NCBI RefSeq assembly: GCF_009914755.1
Contig: NC_060936.1
Source of the DNA: the human T2T-CHM13v2.0 reference genome, Homo sapiens
Direction: 5' to 3' (one strand)
Length of the DNA stretch: 64,000 nt
Of this stretch, positions 11,351 through 29,913 are shown piece by piece; position 1 is the first letter of the stretch; the number at the start of each line of letters is the position of its first letter. The notes under the pieces were generated by a model. The model was not told where the DNA came from, did not search any database, and saw only the letters and a program-made list of their open reading frames with translations. The position numbers and the translations under genes were made by a program.

Positions 11351-14300
11351 TGAGCTCTACCAGGTTCTCACAGTGAATAGTGGAGGTAAATCTCCTCAGG
11401 CTTCCAGCATGGAGAGAAAAAAAGGAACCATCTTGAAATATTTCAAAGCATTCTGTTCTTAACAAAGTCTTCCCTTAGGAGAAATTATTTAATCAGAGCC
11501 TATCCTGCTGAGGTTTTGTCAGAGCCTAACTGATTTCAAAGAAAGAAAATACCCAAGTACAGCTGACTCTTGCCATCATGTACCAACTAAAATGGTGGGT
11601 TACAAACTGAGATGCTCTTGTTAGGTTCACAATCCATAGGCATAGGCTCACTAAAAGGCAGAGACCTAATCACAGGACAATAGAACACTTTCACTCCCCC
11701 CACACCTTACCAGCACATTACTAAAGTGCTACTAACAGCAGTCCATTTTACCTAGTACATTACATATGGTTATCAAGAAAGCAATTACACAGCATATAAA
11801 AAGTAAATATATAATCTGAAGAGATAGAGCAAGTATAGCAAGATAGGCCAGACTCACATATGTATGGATGTTGGAATTATACTGGGAATTTTTTTAAAAC
11901 TATGATTAATATGCTAGGGGTTATAATGGATAAAGTAGATAGCATGCAATAGACTATGGTCAGTATAAGCACAAAGACTGATATTCTAAGAAAGAACCAA
12001 ACAAGGAATACTGAGATTAAAAAATATTGTAAAGGAAATGAAGACTACCTTTAATGGGCTAATTAGTAGCCTACACACAGCTGAGGACACTGAGTTTCAG
12101 GCTATCTCAATAGAAACCTTCAAAACTGAAAAATCAAAGAGGACAAAGATTGAATAAAAACCATAACAGAATATCCAAAATCTGTTTGATAACTATGGAA
12201 GGGGTAACATGCATGTGATGAGAGTACCAGAAGGAGAAAAGAGAAAGGTATGGATAAATATTTGACACAGTAATGACTGAGAATATCCCAAATTAATGTC
12301 AGACACCAAACCACAGATCCAGCATGCTCAGTGAACATCAAGCAAAATTAATGCAAAAAACTGCACCTAGGAATATCATAATCAAATTCTAGAAAATTAA
12401 AGATAAAGAAAAATTCTTGAAAGAAGCCAGAGGGGGGAAAAATCCTACCTCTTACTTATAGAGAAGAAAGGATAAAAATTACATCTAGCTTCTTCTCAGA
12501 AACCATGCTAACAAAAAGAGAGTAGAGTGGAATATTTAAAGTCTTGAGAGGAAAAAAGAAAAACATCAACCTAGAACTTTTTTACTCTGTGAAAATATCA
12601 CTCAGAAGTGAAGGATAAATACTTTCTCAGACAAACAATAATTGAAGGGATTTGTTGCCAGCAGACCAACCTTATAATAAAGGTTAAAAGAAGTTTTTCA
12701 GAGAGAAGGAAAATGATATAGGTCAGAAAGTCAGATCTACAAAAAAAAAGGAGAAGATGACCAAAAAAGGAATAAATGAAAATAAAATATGATCTTTCAT
12801 TTTTCTTATTCTTAATTGATCTAACAAATAATTTTTCCAAAATGAGCGAAAAAATTGCATTTATTATTACAAACGCATAATAGAACAATGTATTCAATTA
12901 TGTATATATGTATGCTTATGAGTAAAATAAATGACAGCAATAAAAAAATGAGAAAAATGAGTCCATTATTTGTTATTATAAGGTATTCACACACCAATGG
13001 ACTCATAAAGTATTATTTAAAAGTGAACTTGGATTAGTTGTAAATATGTATTGCAAACTCTAGGGGAACAACTACAAAATGTTGAAAAATAATTATAACT
13101 GATATGCTAAGCAGGGAAAGAAAGGTCAACAAATAGAAAACAGCAACTAACATGGTAAATATTAAATCAATTACATCAACACTCTGAATGTCAATGATCT
13201 AAATGTATCAATTAAAAAACAGAGTTTGTCAGTGTAGGTAATAACAAAAAACCCAACTCTATATTGTCTACAAGAAACCCATTTTAAATATAGAGACACA
13301 TATATATTAAAAGTAAATGGATAGAGCAAAATATACCAGGCTAACACCAATCAAAAGAAAGGGGGAGTATCTGTATTTATTTCAGAAGAGCAGGCTTCAG
13401 AGCAAAAAAAACCATCAGTGATTAAAAATGGCCATTACATAATGATAAATGGTAAATTCTCCAAGAAGACATACCAATTCCTAACATGTATGCACCTAAC
13501 AACAAAGTGTCAAAATAAGTGAGGTAAAACTAAAAGAACTGCAAAGAAAAATAGATGAATCCACCATCATAGTTGAATACGTCAACACACTTTCATTAGA
13601 AATGAAAAGATTCATGTCCAGGTGCAGTGGCTCATGCCAGCACATTGAATGCCAAGGTGGGTGGGTCACTTGAGGTCAGAAGTTCAAGACCTCCCTGGCC
13701 AACATGGCAAAACTCTGTCTCTACTAAAAAAATACAAAAATTAGCCAGGTGTGGTGGTGGGCGCCTGTAATACCAGCTACTCAGGAAGCTGAGGCAAAAT
13801 AATGCCTTTAACCTGGGAGGTGGAGTTTGTAGTGAGCCAAGATCATGCTACTGCACTGTAGCTTGGATGACAGAGTAAGACTCTGTCAAAAAACAAAATA
13901 AAATAAAGAAGAAGAAAAAAGAAATGAACCAATTCAACAAGCAAAAATCAGTAAGCACATAATTGAACTCAACGATAACATTAATACGTTGGATTTAACA
14001 GTTATCTATAGACTACTTCACCCAACAACAGCAGAATACAGATTCTTCTCATTGTCACATGGAACATTTACCGAGATACACCACATTCTGGTACATAAAA
14101 CAACCTTAACTCATCTCAAAATATAGAAATCATGCAATATCTTCTCTTATACCACAAATAAATTAAGGTAGAAATCAATAACTAACAGATAGGTGAAACA
14201 TCCCAAAATACTTGGATGTTAAACCAAATATTTCTAAATAACACATAGGCCAAAGAAGAAATATCAACAGAAAATTTTAAAATATTTTTAATTAAGTCAA

Positions 14301-17300
14301 AATGCACTTGTTAAAATTTGTGGGATGCAGTGTAAACAGTGCTAACAGGGAAATTTATAGCATTAAATGCATGTGTTAGGAAAAAAGAAAACTATAAAAT
14401 CAATCATCTAATTTTACACCAAAAAAACTAGAAAAAGAAGAGAAAATTAAATCCAAAGGAAATGGAAGAAATCATAAAAATTAGACTAAAAAGTGAACAA
14501 AATTGAAAATAATAAGAGAAAATCAATGAGACTAAAACTTATCCTTTTAAAAGAGCAATAAAATTAATAAGCCTAAGCCAGGTTAATTAAGAAAAGAGAG
14601 AGGACACAAATTACTAATATCAGAAATGAAAGATGAGACATCACTACAGATATCATGGACATTAACAGAATAATAAAGGAATACTGTGAACAACTCTGTG
14701 CCCACAAATTATATAACCTAGTTGAAATGAATCAATTCCTTGAAAGACACAATCTGTCAAAACTCACACGAAAAGAAATAAGCAATCTGATCAGGCCTAT
14801 GTCTACTAAGGAAATTGAATCAATAATTAATAACTGTCCAAAACAGAAAACACAAAGACTAGATGGGCTTACTGTGAATTATTCCAAACATTTAAAAAAG
14901 AAATTGTAACAGCTTTCTACAATCTCTTCCAGAAGACAAAAGCAGAGGAAACACTTTCTAACTCATTCTATGGGGCCAGCATTATCCTAACACCAACACC
15001 AGACAAAGATATTACAAGAAAAGAAAACTACAGACCAATATATCTCATGAACAAAGATGCAAAAATTCTCAACAAAATATTAGTAAATCAAATCCAGCGA
15101 TGTATAAAAGGAATTATACACCATGACTAAATGGGATTTATGCCAGGTATGCAAGGCTGATTCAACATTCAAAAATAAATTAATCTAATCCATCACACCA
15201 ACAGGGTAAAGAAGAAAAGTCATATGATTATATCAGTAGATGCAGAAGAATCATTTGATAAAATATAACACCCTTTAATGATTAAAAAAAACCAACTAAA
15301 CTAGGAATAGCGGCAAACTTCCTCAACTTGATAAAGAATATTTACCAAAAAACCTGCAGGAAAATTTATACTTAAAAATGAAAACTAGAGCCTTTGTAAC
15401 TAAGATCAGAAACAAGGCAAAAAATGTCACCTGTCACCACTCCTTTTCAACATTGTGGTGGAAGTCCTAGCTAATGCAATAAAACAAGAAAAGAAATAAA
15501 ATATACATTAATTGAAAATGAAAATGTAACTGTCATTGTTGACAGATGACATGATTGTCTAATTAGAAAATTCAAAAGAATTGACTAAAAATGCCCTCCT
15601 GCAACTAATAAACAATTATAGCAAGGTTGCAGGATACAAGGTTAATATATGTCAATCGCTTTCCTATAAACCAGCAATGAACAAGTGGAATTTGAATTTA
15701 AGAACACATTACCATTTACATTAGCACCAAAATAATAAAATACTTAGGTAAACATCTAACAAAATATGTTCAAGGTCTATATGAGTAAAACTACATGATT
15801 TTCTCTAGTTGTTCCAGCACCATTTATTGAAAAAACTATCAAAAGAAGAACTAAATAAATGAAGAGATACTTCATGTTCATGGATAGAAAAACTCAATAT
15901 TGTCAAGATGTCAGTTTTTCTCAACTTAGTCTATAGACTCAATGCAACTCCAATCAAAGTCTTAGCAACTTACGTTGTGGAAACTGTTTCCATACAAACT
16001 GATTCTAAAGTTTATATAGAGAAGCTAAAGACACAAAATAGCCAGCACACTATTGAAGGACAAGAACAAAGTTAGAATACTGATACTACCCAACTTCAAG
16101 ACTTACTATAAAATTACTATAATCAGCACAGTGTGGTATTGGTGAAAGAACAGCCAAATAGTTCAATAGAACAGAATAGAGGAGCCAGAAATAATCAACT
16201 GATCTTTGACAAAGGAGAAAAGGCAATACAGCAGAGAAAAGATACTTTTTCAACAAATGGTGCTGAAACAACTAGACATCCAGATGTTAAAAAAAAAATC
16301 TGGACATAGTCCTTACATCTTCAAAAAATCAACCAAAATATATTAAAGACCTACATGTAAAACACAAAACTGTAAAATTCCTGGAATATAACATAGAAAA
16401 GAATCTAGATGCCCATGGATTTGGCAGTGACTTTTTAAATACAGCAACAAAGGGACCAAAGGGACAATCCATGAAAGAAAGAATTCATAAGCTAGATGTA
16501 ATTAAAATTAAAAATTTCTGCTCTGCAAAAAACAAAATAAAAAGACAAGCCACAGACTGAGAAAAACTATTTGTAAAAGACATATCTGATGAAGACATGA
16601 GTTATTCAAGGCATATAAATAACTCTTAAAACACAACAATAAGGAAAAGAACAACCTAATTAAAAAATGGGCCAAAGACTTTAACAAGTTTCCCACCAAA
16701 GAAGATATAATAATGACAAATAAGCATATGTAAAGAAGCTCTACATTATATATAATCAGGGAAATACAAATTAGAACAATAACAAGATAACAATGTCTAT
16801 CTATTAGAATGGCCAAAATCCAGAACACTGACAACACCAAATGCTGGAGAAGATATAAAGCAACATGAACTCTTATTTATTTCTGGTCATAATGCAGAAT
16901 GGTATGGTCAATTTAGAAGACAGATTAGTGGTTTCTTACAAAACTAAACCTACTTCTACCGTACAACCCAGCAATCCCACTCCTTGGTATTTACCCAAAG
17001 GAATTGAAAACTTACAGCCATACAAAACCTGCACATGGATGTTTATAGAAGCTTTAATTATTTATATTTGCCAAAACTTAGAAACAATCATGGTATCTTT
17101 CAGTAGGTGAGAGGATAAATAAACTAAGTGAAAGAAGACAATATGAAAAGGATACATACTGCAAAATTGCAAGTGTAAGACATTCTGGAAAAAGCAACAC
17201 TATACAGTAAATTGATCCATGGTTGCCAGAGTTTAAGGAGGACAGCAGGATGAAGAGATGAAGCACGGAAAATTGTTAGGGCAGTGAAACTGCTCTGTGT

Positions 17301-17460
17301 GACACTATAAAGGTGAGAATGTCATTACACATTTGTCCAACTCCATTGAATATACAATGCCAAGAGTGAACCTAATGTAAACTATGGACTTTGGTTGATA
17401 TATGTTGTTTATAAAGAGATATATGCTAATCAACATATTAGCATATATATATATATATTA
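11351..17460 (+). mobile_element. Near full-length L1MC (L1MC1-3-like), decayed
   Basis: 5'UTR remainder, ORF1 and ORF2 remnants (peptide 14655-14909). 3' end 'gagtgaacctaatgtaaactatggactttgg'. Confidence 0.85.
13617..13920 (+). mobile_element. AluS (Sx/Sz-like)
   Basis: Dimer with A-tail. TSD agaaatgaaaagattca / agaaatgaaccaattca. Confidence 0.9.
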
Positions 17461-17559
17461 AAACAAGAAATGGCACTTCTTGAGACAGAGGTGTTTCTTG
17501 GTGAAGACCAGTTTCATACCAAGACGTGCTATTGCATGTGACCCATTAATTTTTCAACT

Positions 17560-18155
17560 CACGGAGATCCACTGTGTCATATCACATTTTCATTCTTCCT
17601 CATGCCCTTATATCCTGACATCTCTCCTTACTCAGATCAAATTCAACAGTCATTATTATCATTCTATCAAATAGACTCTCAACAGCCTCATGTTTATATC
17701 ACTTCATCATATAATTAGAAAATCACCAACCCCAGTAAAACTCAATTTTTCATTTCTACGAAAAGTTGAATATACATATGCCTGCATCAGATGTATGTAA
17801 ATATCGCTGAAGAAAAACTCACATTTGTGCTAGCTGATTTGAATTTAAAATCATCCCCTCTGAATTTCAGTGTGCCTGCCATCCAAAATTTTTTATTCCA
17901 TTCACTCTCTTACTCTTTAAGACAACAATTTTTTGTCCCCTACTCTATTTTCTAAGGCCTCAATTACTCTTCTTAGTCTCACCTTATAATCTTGCTCATA
18001 ACCATCTTTCATAGTATTTACTTCGCACATTTATTTTGTTTACTGTCTGTATCACTAGAAACTTGGGGATTTGGGAGAGGGGTTTCTGCTGCATTCTCAG
18101 TGCCAAGAAGAATGTCTGACCTATAACATTAAACTCTAAAAATTGTATGTATGAT
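17560..18155 (+). mobile_element. L2 fragments
   Basis: Degenerate L2 3' end 'ctgcattctcagtgccaagaagaatgtctgac...' and a pyrimidine-rich body. Confidence 0.5.
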
Positions 18156-18539
18156 ATGTGTAAGAGATGCTATTTTGTAAATAGCAGTCTGCAGTATTAA
18201 AAGACTTTATTAGCTGAATAAATGATGAATTTACCATAATACAAAGTCTACTTCTTATCTTTGAAGACTCTAAAAAGTAATATTCTTTTTATGCTAAGTA
18301 ATCAACCTCCAGAAAACTGGCTTACTTTATCAAGTATATACAGGAATGAGTAACTAGTGTATCAACTTATTTGTTTATATTAAAAGGGAAGCAACAACAT
18401 TTTGTTTATGCCTGAAACTGGCATTTACGGAATAGCACCTCTTTCCCCACATGCAAAGCAACATCCACATGCAAATTATTATCTACATTGTTTGTGTTAA
18501 ATATATTTCTAGGATCCTTGGCCATAACCAATTCTGTGT

Positions 18540-19550
18540 ATGTGTAGAACAAGACTTCTAGAGACCAGCAGAAAAGAGGTCTTGGAAAGTTAAGAGATAA
18601 GCGGAGATTTCAGAGCATGTACATAGTTCCTCTCATACAGTTCTGGGGAGATATTAGAGTTAAAACCCAGTCATAGTTCAGACCCAGCCAGAATGAAGGA
18701 GTCCTTTATTAACATAAGGGACAATTCATTGAGACCTCTGAAATGTCACGCCCTAGGAGTACAGATATATCTCCAAGCATAAGGGCAATACTGAAATAAA
18801 TCCACCCTAATAAAGACTAAAACCAAAACATCAGGATCAAGGTGAACCACTGGTAATTTAATTGACTACCGAACAACGTTTAACACTCTTTTGAGAAAGA
18901 TAATATAAGCCAGGGCTCTGCAACATATTTGCAATATCCAGTATAAGTCAAAATTTACCAAACTTGTAATGAAGCAGAAGAAGAGTTAGTAGAAGTAGAC
19001 GTAAATAGTAAGCAGACAATGACTTCAAAATAACTATGGTTCAAAAATGATTAAGAAAAGTAGTGTAAAAGATGGTCAAAATGCATAAAAATGGTCCTTT
19101 TAAAAGAGAATTAAATTTTATAAGAAAGAATAAAGTGGATTTTCTAGAACCAAAAACTGTAATAATTAAGAATTCAGTAGATGGATTTAACAATAGGTCT
19201 AAGACAAAAAAAGAAAGAATGGCAAAACTCAAATTGAGATCAATAGACTATATCATTTTTGAATACAAAAAAGTTCAGAACAAAATCTAGGGTAGAAGAG
19301 ATATGTGGTATTGGTCAAAAGCTCTCATATAAGGGGAATTAAGAGAATAAAACAGAAACAATATTTAAAGGTTGAGAATTTTTTAAATATGATGAAAGAC
19401 ATGAATGCCAACATTCAAAAAGCTCAATAGAATAAGAAAATCCACACCTTGGCATATTTATTCTTACTGATAAAAATCAATAATAAAGACACAATCTTAA
19501 AAGCATTCAGAGACAAAAATTATATCAGGTAAAGGGAAAAAGCAGTAACA
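18540..19550 (+). mobile_element. Ancient L1M 5'UTR/ORF1 (5' part of the element at 1-2244)
   Basis: ORF1-like peptide 19072-19290 (IKNSVDGFNNR). Ends 'aatcttaaaagcattcagagac'. Confidence 0.65.
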
Positions 19551-20622
19551 GTCAAATTACAGCGTTATTCAAATAGACAGGCATAAACATAAGGCATCAA
19601 AAACTATTAAAAACCAAGGAGAAATAACACCAAAAAAAAAAAAAAAAAGAATGCAATAATCTCCCAGTAGCTGACCTAAAAGAAACAGAGATATACAAGC
19701 TGCCTGAAAAAGAATTCAAAGTAATTATTCTTAGGAGGCTCAGAGAACTTCAAGAAAATAGACAAAAAAAAAAAAAAAAGATATCAGGAAAACAATAAGT
19801 GACCAAAATGAAAAACAATAGACAGATTAAAATTATTTTAAAAAAGGAAATTGTGGAGCTGAAAAATATATTACATGAAATAAAAATGCAATAGAAAGAA
19901 TCAATAGCAGAATTGATTAAGCAGAAAAATGTGTGAACTTGAAAACATCTTATTTTAAAATTCACAGAGGAGAAAAAAGAAAAAAGAATGAAAAGTAATA
20001 AAAATGCTTATGAGATTTATGGACATCATGAAAACAAATATTTGAGTTATGGGAGTTAAAGGAAAGAGGTAATGGGGTAGAAAGCTTATTTTAAAAAAAA
20101 ATAAATAATAAGAGAACACTTTCCAAATCTTGGGAAAAATATGAATATTCAGATACAGAAAACTCAATGGTCTCCAATCAGATTCAGTTCAAACAGGACT
20201 ACACCAAGAAATATAATCAAACTGTCAAAAATTATAGTCAGAGAATCCTGAAAGCAGACTAGGAAAAGAATTAAGTCACATGTAAAGAAATTCTTATAAG
20301 GCTAGCAACAGACTTCTTAGCAGATATCTTACAGGTCAGAAAAATGTGGGATGATATATTCTAAGTGCTGAAGGAAAAAGTGGCAAACAGGAATACTGTA
20401 GTTGGCAAAGCTGTCATTAAGAAATGAAAATGAGATGAAGACTTTCCCAGACAAACAAAAGCTGAGGAAGTACATGGCCATCAGACTTGTCTTATAAAAA
20501 ATGTTAAAGAAGTCTCTTCAAACTAAAAGAAAAGAAAGCTAATTAGTAAAATGAAAACATGAAAGTATAAAAATCACTGGTAAAAGTATATGCACAATAA
20601 AATTTTTAAAACTCTAATACTG
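19551..20622 (+). mobile_element. L1MA ORF1 region (5' part of the element at 2245-6994)
   Basis: 'gactttcccagacaaacaaaagctgagg...gaaagtataaaaatcactggtaaaag'. Continues colinearly into the reverse complement of 6981 and leftward. Confidence 0.8.
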
Positions 20623-23600
20623 AGAAAGTGTGGGGCCAAGACAGTTGAATGGAAGCAGTGGCGATTGGAGGCTCCCATCAGAAAGAGCCATAAAAGCATG
20701 TGAATCCTGCACCAGCAACCAAAGTATTCAGGTTTTCTCATCAGAACTGAATAGGCGGCTGGCGTAATCCATGGAGAGGAAGAAAGAGCAGTGTGGTGCG
20801 GTGGCCCACTTGAAAGCCACATGGGGCAGGGGAACCCTCACCCCCCAGCCAAGGGAGGTAGTGACTGAGCATGCTACCCAGTCGAGGAAACTGTGCTTTT
20901 TCCACGGAACTGTGCAACCTGCGGATTGGAAGATCCCACTCATGAACCCATGCCATTGGGGCCTAGGGTCCCAATCCTACAGCCACGCAGATTCTCAACA
21001 GTCTCTCAGCTAGAATCTGCTTAAACCTGCTGAGTTCCCAGAGTTGCTGGGGGTGACCAGCACCACAGTCGCAGCTTTCTGCTGTCTAAGCCTTTTAAGC
21101 TCTCTGGGGGAGGAGCAGCAGCCAGCACTGGCACTGATAACTGCCTAACACACTAAGCTCCCTGGGCAGGGAATAGGCAGCAGCCATTTCTATAGCTCCA
21201 GGCCATGATTTTCCCCTGCTGGAACCAGGGAGGCTGGATAGCTTGGTCTCAAGAGGTGTCACCCACAGACAGCCCAACACACCAGCTGTGGTAGACTGTG
21301 GCCAGAGCACCTCTTCAGGCCTGACCCTGATCCATCCTTGCTCACTGGGTGGGACCTCCCTGCAGGAACTCCAACAACTCCAGCCAGAGGCTCAGGGACA
21401 CAACCTGGACCTCCCTGGGCCTGAGCTCCTAGGGGAAGGAGTGGCCACAGTCTCTGCGAATTAGGCAACTTCACCTTTCCTCCTGGTAGTTCTGAGGAAT
21501 ACAGGCAGCCCAGATGAGTGGGTTTCCCCCTAGTGAAGCACACCCCTTCCACCAAGGGACAGTCAAAGTGCTTCATTAAATGGGTCCTGTTCCCCCTGCC
21601 ACCAAACTGGGTGAAATCTTCCAACAGGGGTTGTCAGACTCCCTATAAAGGAGCAACCCTACTGGCATCAGGTTGGTGTTCCTTGAGGACAGAGATCCTA
21701 GAAGAAGGAGCAGGCACCCATCTTTGTTATTCTCCAGCCTCCTTGAGTAACATCTCCAGGCAGAGGAGCAAACCAGTTGAATAGGGCTTGAAGTGAACCC
21801 CCAGAAAACTGCAGCAGCCCTACAGAAGAGGGACCTGACCATTGAAAGAAAAGCAAACAAACAAACAGAAAGCAACAAAAACAGTATCAACAACAACAAC
21901 AAAAAGTCCCCACAAAAACCCTATCCAAGCGTCAGCAGCCTCAAAGATTGAAACTAGACAAACTCATGAAGATGGGAAAGAATGAACGAAAAAAACTGAA
22001 AATTCAAAAAGCCAGACTGCCTCTTCCTCCAAATGATCACAACACCTCTCCAGCAAGGGTACCGAACTGGATGGCAGATGAGTTGGACAAATTGACAGAA
22101 GTACACTTCATAAGATGGGTAATAAAAAACTCCACTGAGCTAAAGAAGCATATTCCAACCTAATGCAAAGAAGTTAAGAACCTTGATAAAAGGTAAGAGG
22201 ACCTGCTAACTAGAATAACCAGTTTAGAGAGGAATATAAATGAACTGAGGGAGCTGAAAAACACAGCATGTGAACTTCGTGAAGCATACACAAGTATCAA
22301 TAGCTAAATCAACCAAGTGGAAAAAAGGATATCAGAGTTTGAAGACCAAGTTGCTGAAATTAGGCATGCAAACGAGATCAGAGGAAAAAGAACGAAAATG
22401 AATGAACAAAGCTTCCGAGAAATACGGGACTATGTAAAAAGACCAAAGCTATGATTGATTGGAGTGCCTGAAGGAGACAGGAAGAATGTAAACACGCTGG
22501 AAAGCACACATCAGGATATTATCCAGGAGAACTTCCCCAACCTAGCAACGTGCAAGTTCAGGAAATAGAGAGAACACCATTAAGATACTCCACGAGAAGA
22601 TCAACCCCAACACAAATAATCATCAAATTCTCCAAGGTTGAAAGGAAGGAAAAATGTTAAGGGCAGCCAGAGAGAAAGGCCAGGTCACCTACCAAGTGAA
22701 GCCCATAAATCTAACAGTGGACCTCTCAGCACAAACCCTACAAGCCAGAAGAGATTGGGGCCAATATTCAACATTTGTAAAGAAAAGAATTTTCAACCCA
22801 GAATTTTATATCCAGCCAAACTAAGCTTCATAAGCAAAGGGGAAATAAAATCCTTTCCAGACAAGCAAATGCTGAGGAATTTCATCACCACCAGGCCTGC
22901 CTTGCAAGAGCTCCTGAAGGAAGCACTAAATATGGAAAGAAAAAAGCGGTACCAGCCACTGCAAAAACACACCAAAACATAAAGACAAATGACACTATGG
23001 AGAAACTGCATTGACTAGTGTGCAAAATCATCAGACAGCATCATGATGACAGGATCAAATTCACACATAAGAATATTAACCTTAAATGTAAATGGGCTAA
23101 ATGCCCACCAATTAACAGACTGGCAAATTGGATAAAGAGTCAAGACCCATCAGTGTGCTGTATTCAGGAGACATATCTCATGTGCAAAGACACACATAGG
23201 ATCAAAATAAAGGGATGGGGGGAAATTTACCAAGAAAATGGAAAGCAAGAAAAAAGCAGGGGTTGCAATCCTAGTCTCTGACAAAACAGACTTTCAACCA
23301 ACAAAGGTCAAAAAAAGGCAAAGAAGGGCATTACATAATGGTAAAGGGATCAATTCAACAGGAAGAGCTAACTATCCTAAATATATATGCACCCAATGCA
23401 GGAGCACGCAGATTCATAAAGCAAGTTCTTACAGACCCACAAAGAGACGTAGACTCCCACACCATAATAGTGGGGAACATTAACATCCCATTGTCAATAT
23501 TAGACAGATCAATGAGACAGAAAATTAACAAAGATATTCAAGACCTGAACTTAGCACTAGATCAAGTGGACCTAATAGACATCTACAGAACTCTCCACCC

Positions 23601-25443
23601 CAAATCAACAGAATATGCATTCTTCTCAGTGCCACATGGCATTTATTCTAAAATCGACCACATAATTGGAAGTAAAACACTCCTCAGCAAATGCAAAAGA
23701 ACTGAAATCATATAAACAGTCTCTCAGACCACAGTACAATCAAATTAGAATTCAGGATTAAGAAACTCACTCAAACCACACAGTTTTATGGAAATTGAAT
23801 AACCTGCTCCTGAATGACTCCTGGGCAAATAATGAAATTAAGGCAGAAATCAAAAAGTTCTTTGAAACCAATGAGAGCAAAGAGACAAAGTACCAGAATC
23901 ACTGGGACACAGCTAAAGCAGTGTCAAGAGGGAAATTTATAGTACTAAATGCCCACATCAGAAAGCTAGAAAGATCTCATATTGACAACCTAACATCACA
24001 ATTAAAAGAGCTAGAGAAGCAAGAGCAAACTAATTCAAAAGTCAGGAGAAGACAAGCAATACTAAGATCAGAGAGGAACTGAAGGAGATAGAGACATGAA
24101 AAACCTTCAAAAAAAATCAATGAATCCAAGAGGTGGTTTTTTGAAAAAATTAACAAAATAGACCATTAGCTAGACTAATAAAGAAGAAAAGGGAGAAGAA
24201 TCAAATAGATACAATAAAAATGATAAAGGGGATATCACCACTGACCCCACAGAAACACAAACTATCATCAGAGAAAACTATAAACACCTTTGTGCAAATA
24301 AACTAGAAAATCTAGAAGAAATAGAAAAATTCCTGGACACATACCCTTCCAAGACTAAACCAGGAAGAAGTCAAATCCCTGAATAGACCAGTAACAGGTT
24401 TTGAAATTAAGACAGTAATTAATAGCCTACCAACCAAAAAAAGCCCATGACCAGACAGATTCACAGCTGAATTCTACCAGAGGTACAAAGAGGAGCTGGT
24501 ACTATTCCCTCTGAAACTATTCCAAACAATTGAAAAGGAGAGATTCCTCCATAACTTATTTTATGAAGCCAGCTTTATCCTGATACCAAAACCTGGCAAA
24601 GATACAACTAAAGAAGAAAACTTCAGGCCAATATCCCTGTTGAACATCAATGCAAAAATTTTCAGTTAAATACTGGCAAACCGAATACAGCAGCACATCA
24701 AAAAACTTACCCACCATGATCAAGTCAGCTTCATCCCTGGGCTGGTTCAACATATGTAAATCAATAAACATAATCCATCACATAAACAGAGCCAAAGACA
24801 AAAACTACATGATTATCTCAATAGATTTAGGAAAGGTCTTTGATAAAATTCAACATCCCTTCATGTTAAAAACTCCGAATAAACTAGGTATTGATGGAAC
24901 ATATCTCAAAATAGTAAGAGCTATTTATGACAAACCCACAGTCAATATCACATTGAATGGGCAAAATCTGGAAGCAGTCCTTTTGAAAACTGGTACAAGA
25001 CAAGGATGCCCTCTCTCATTACCCCTATTCAACATAGTACTGGAATTCTGGCCAGTGCAATCGAGGCAAGAGAAAGAAATAAAGAGTATTCAAATAGGAA
25101 GAGAGGAATTCAAATTGTCTCTGTTTGCAGACAATATGATTCTATATTTAGAAAACCCCATCATCTTAGCCAAAAAACTTTTTAAGCTAATAAACAACTT
25201 CAGCAAAGTCTCAGGATACAAAATCAACGTGCAGAAATCACAAGCATTCCTTTACACCAACAATAGATGAGCAAAGAGCCAAATCATGAATGAACTCACA
25301 TTCACAATTGCTACAAAGAGAATAAAATACCTAGGAATACAGCTAACAAGGGATGTGAAGGACATCTTCAAGGAGAACAACAAACCACAGCTCAAGGAAA
25401 TAAGAGAGGACACAAACACATGAAAAAACATTCCATCCTCATG
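20623..25443 (+). mobile_element. L1PA8-like element: 5'UTR, ORF1 and most of ORF2 (disrupted)
   Basis: GC-rich 5'UTR. ORF1 peptide 22638-22982, endonuclease peptide 23338-23715, RT peptide 24650-25270 ([19 protein letters not shown]). Stops at 'ttccatcctcatg'. Confidence 0.93.
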
Positions 25444-25449
25444 TACATT

Positions 25450-25511
25450 ACATGTACCCTAAAACTTAAAGTATAATAATAATAATAATAATAATAATAC
25501 TAAAAGAAAAA
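25450..25511 (+). mobile_element. 3' terminus and (TAA)n/A tail of the young L1 whose 5' piece is at 8580-8858
   Basis: acatgtaccctaaaacttaaagtataataat... followed by TSD aagttttagg. Confidence 0.8.

Positions 25512-29913
<4,402 letters not shown>

Noticed and set aside
20574-21902. Cluster of antisense ORFs
   Set aside because: They lie in the GC-rich L1 5'UTR, where stops are rare. No recognisable product.
8578-25511. Inversion by homologous recombination between inverted L1s
   Set aside because: The breakpoints fall at different L1 positions, with deletions and filler bases rather than a homologous crossover.
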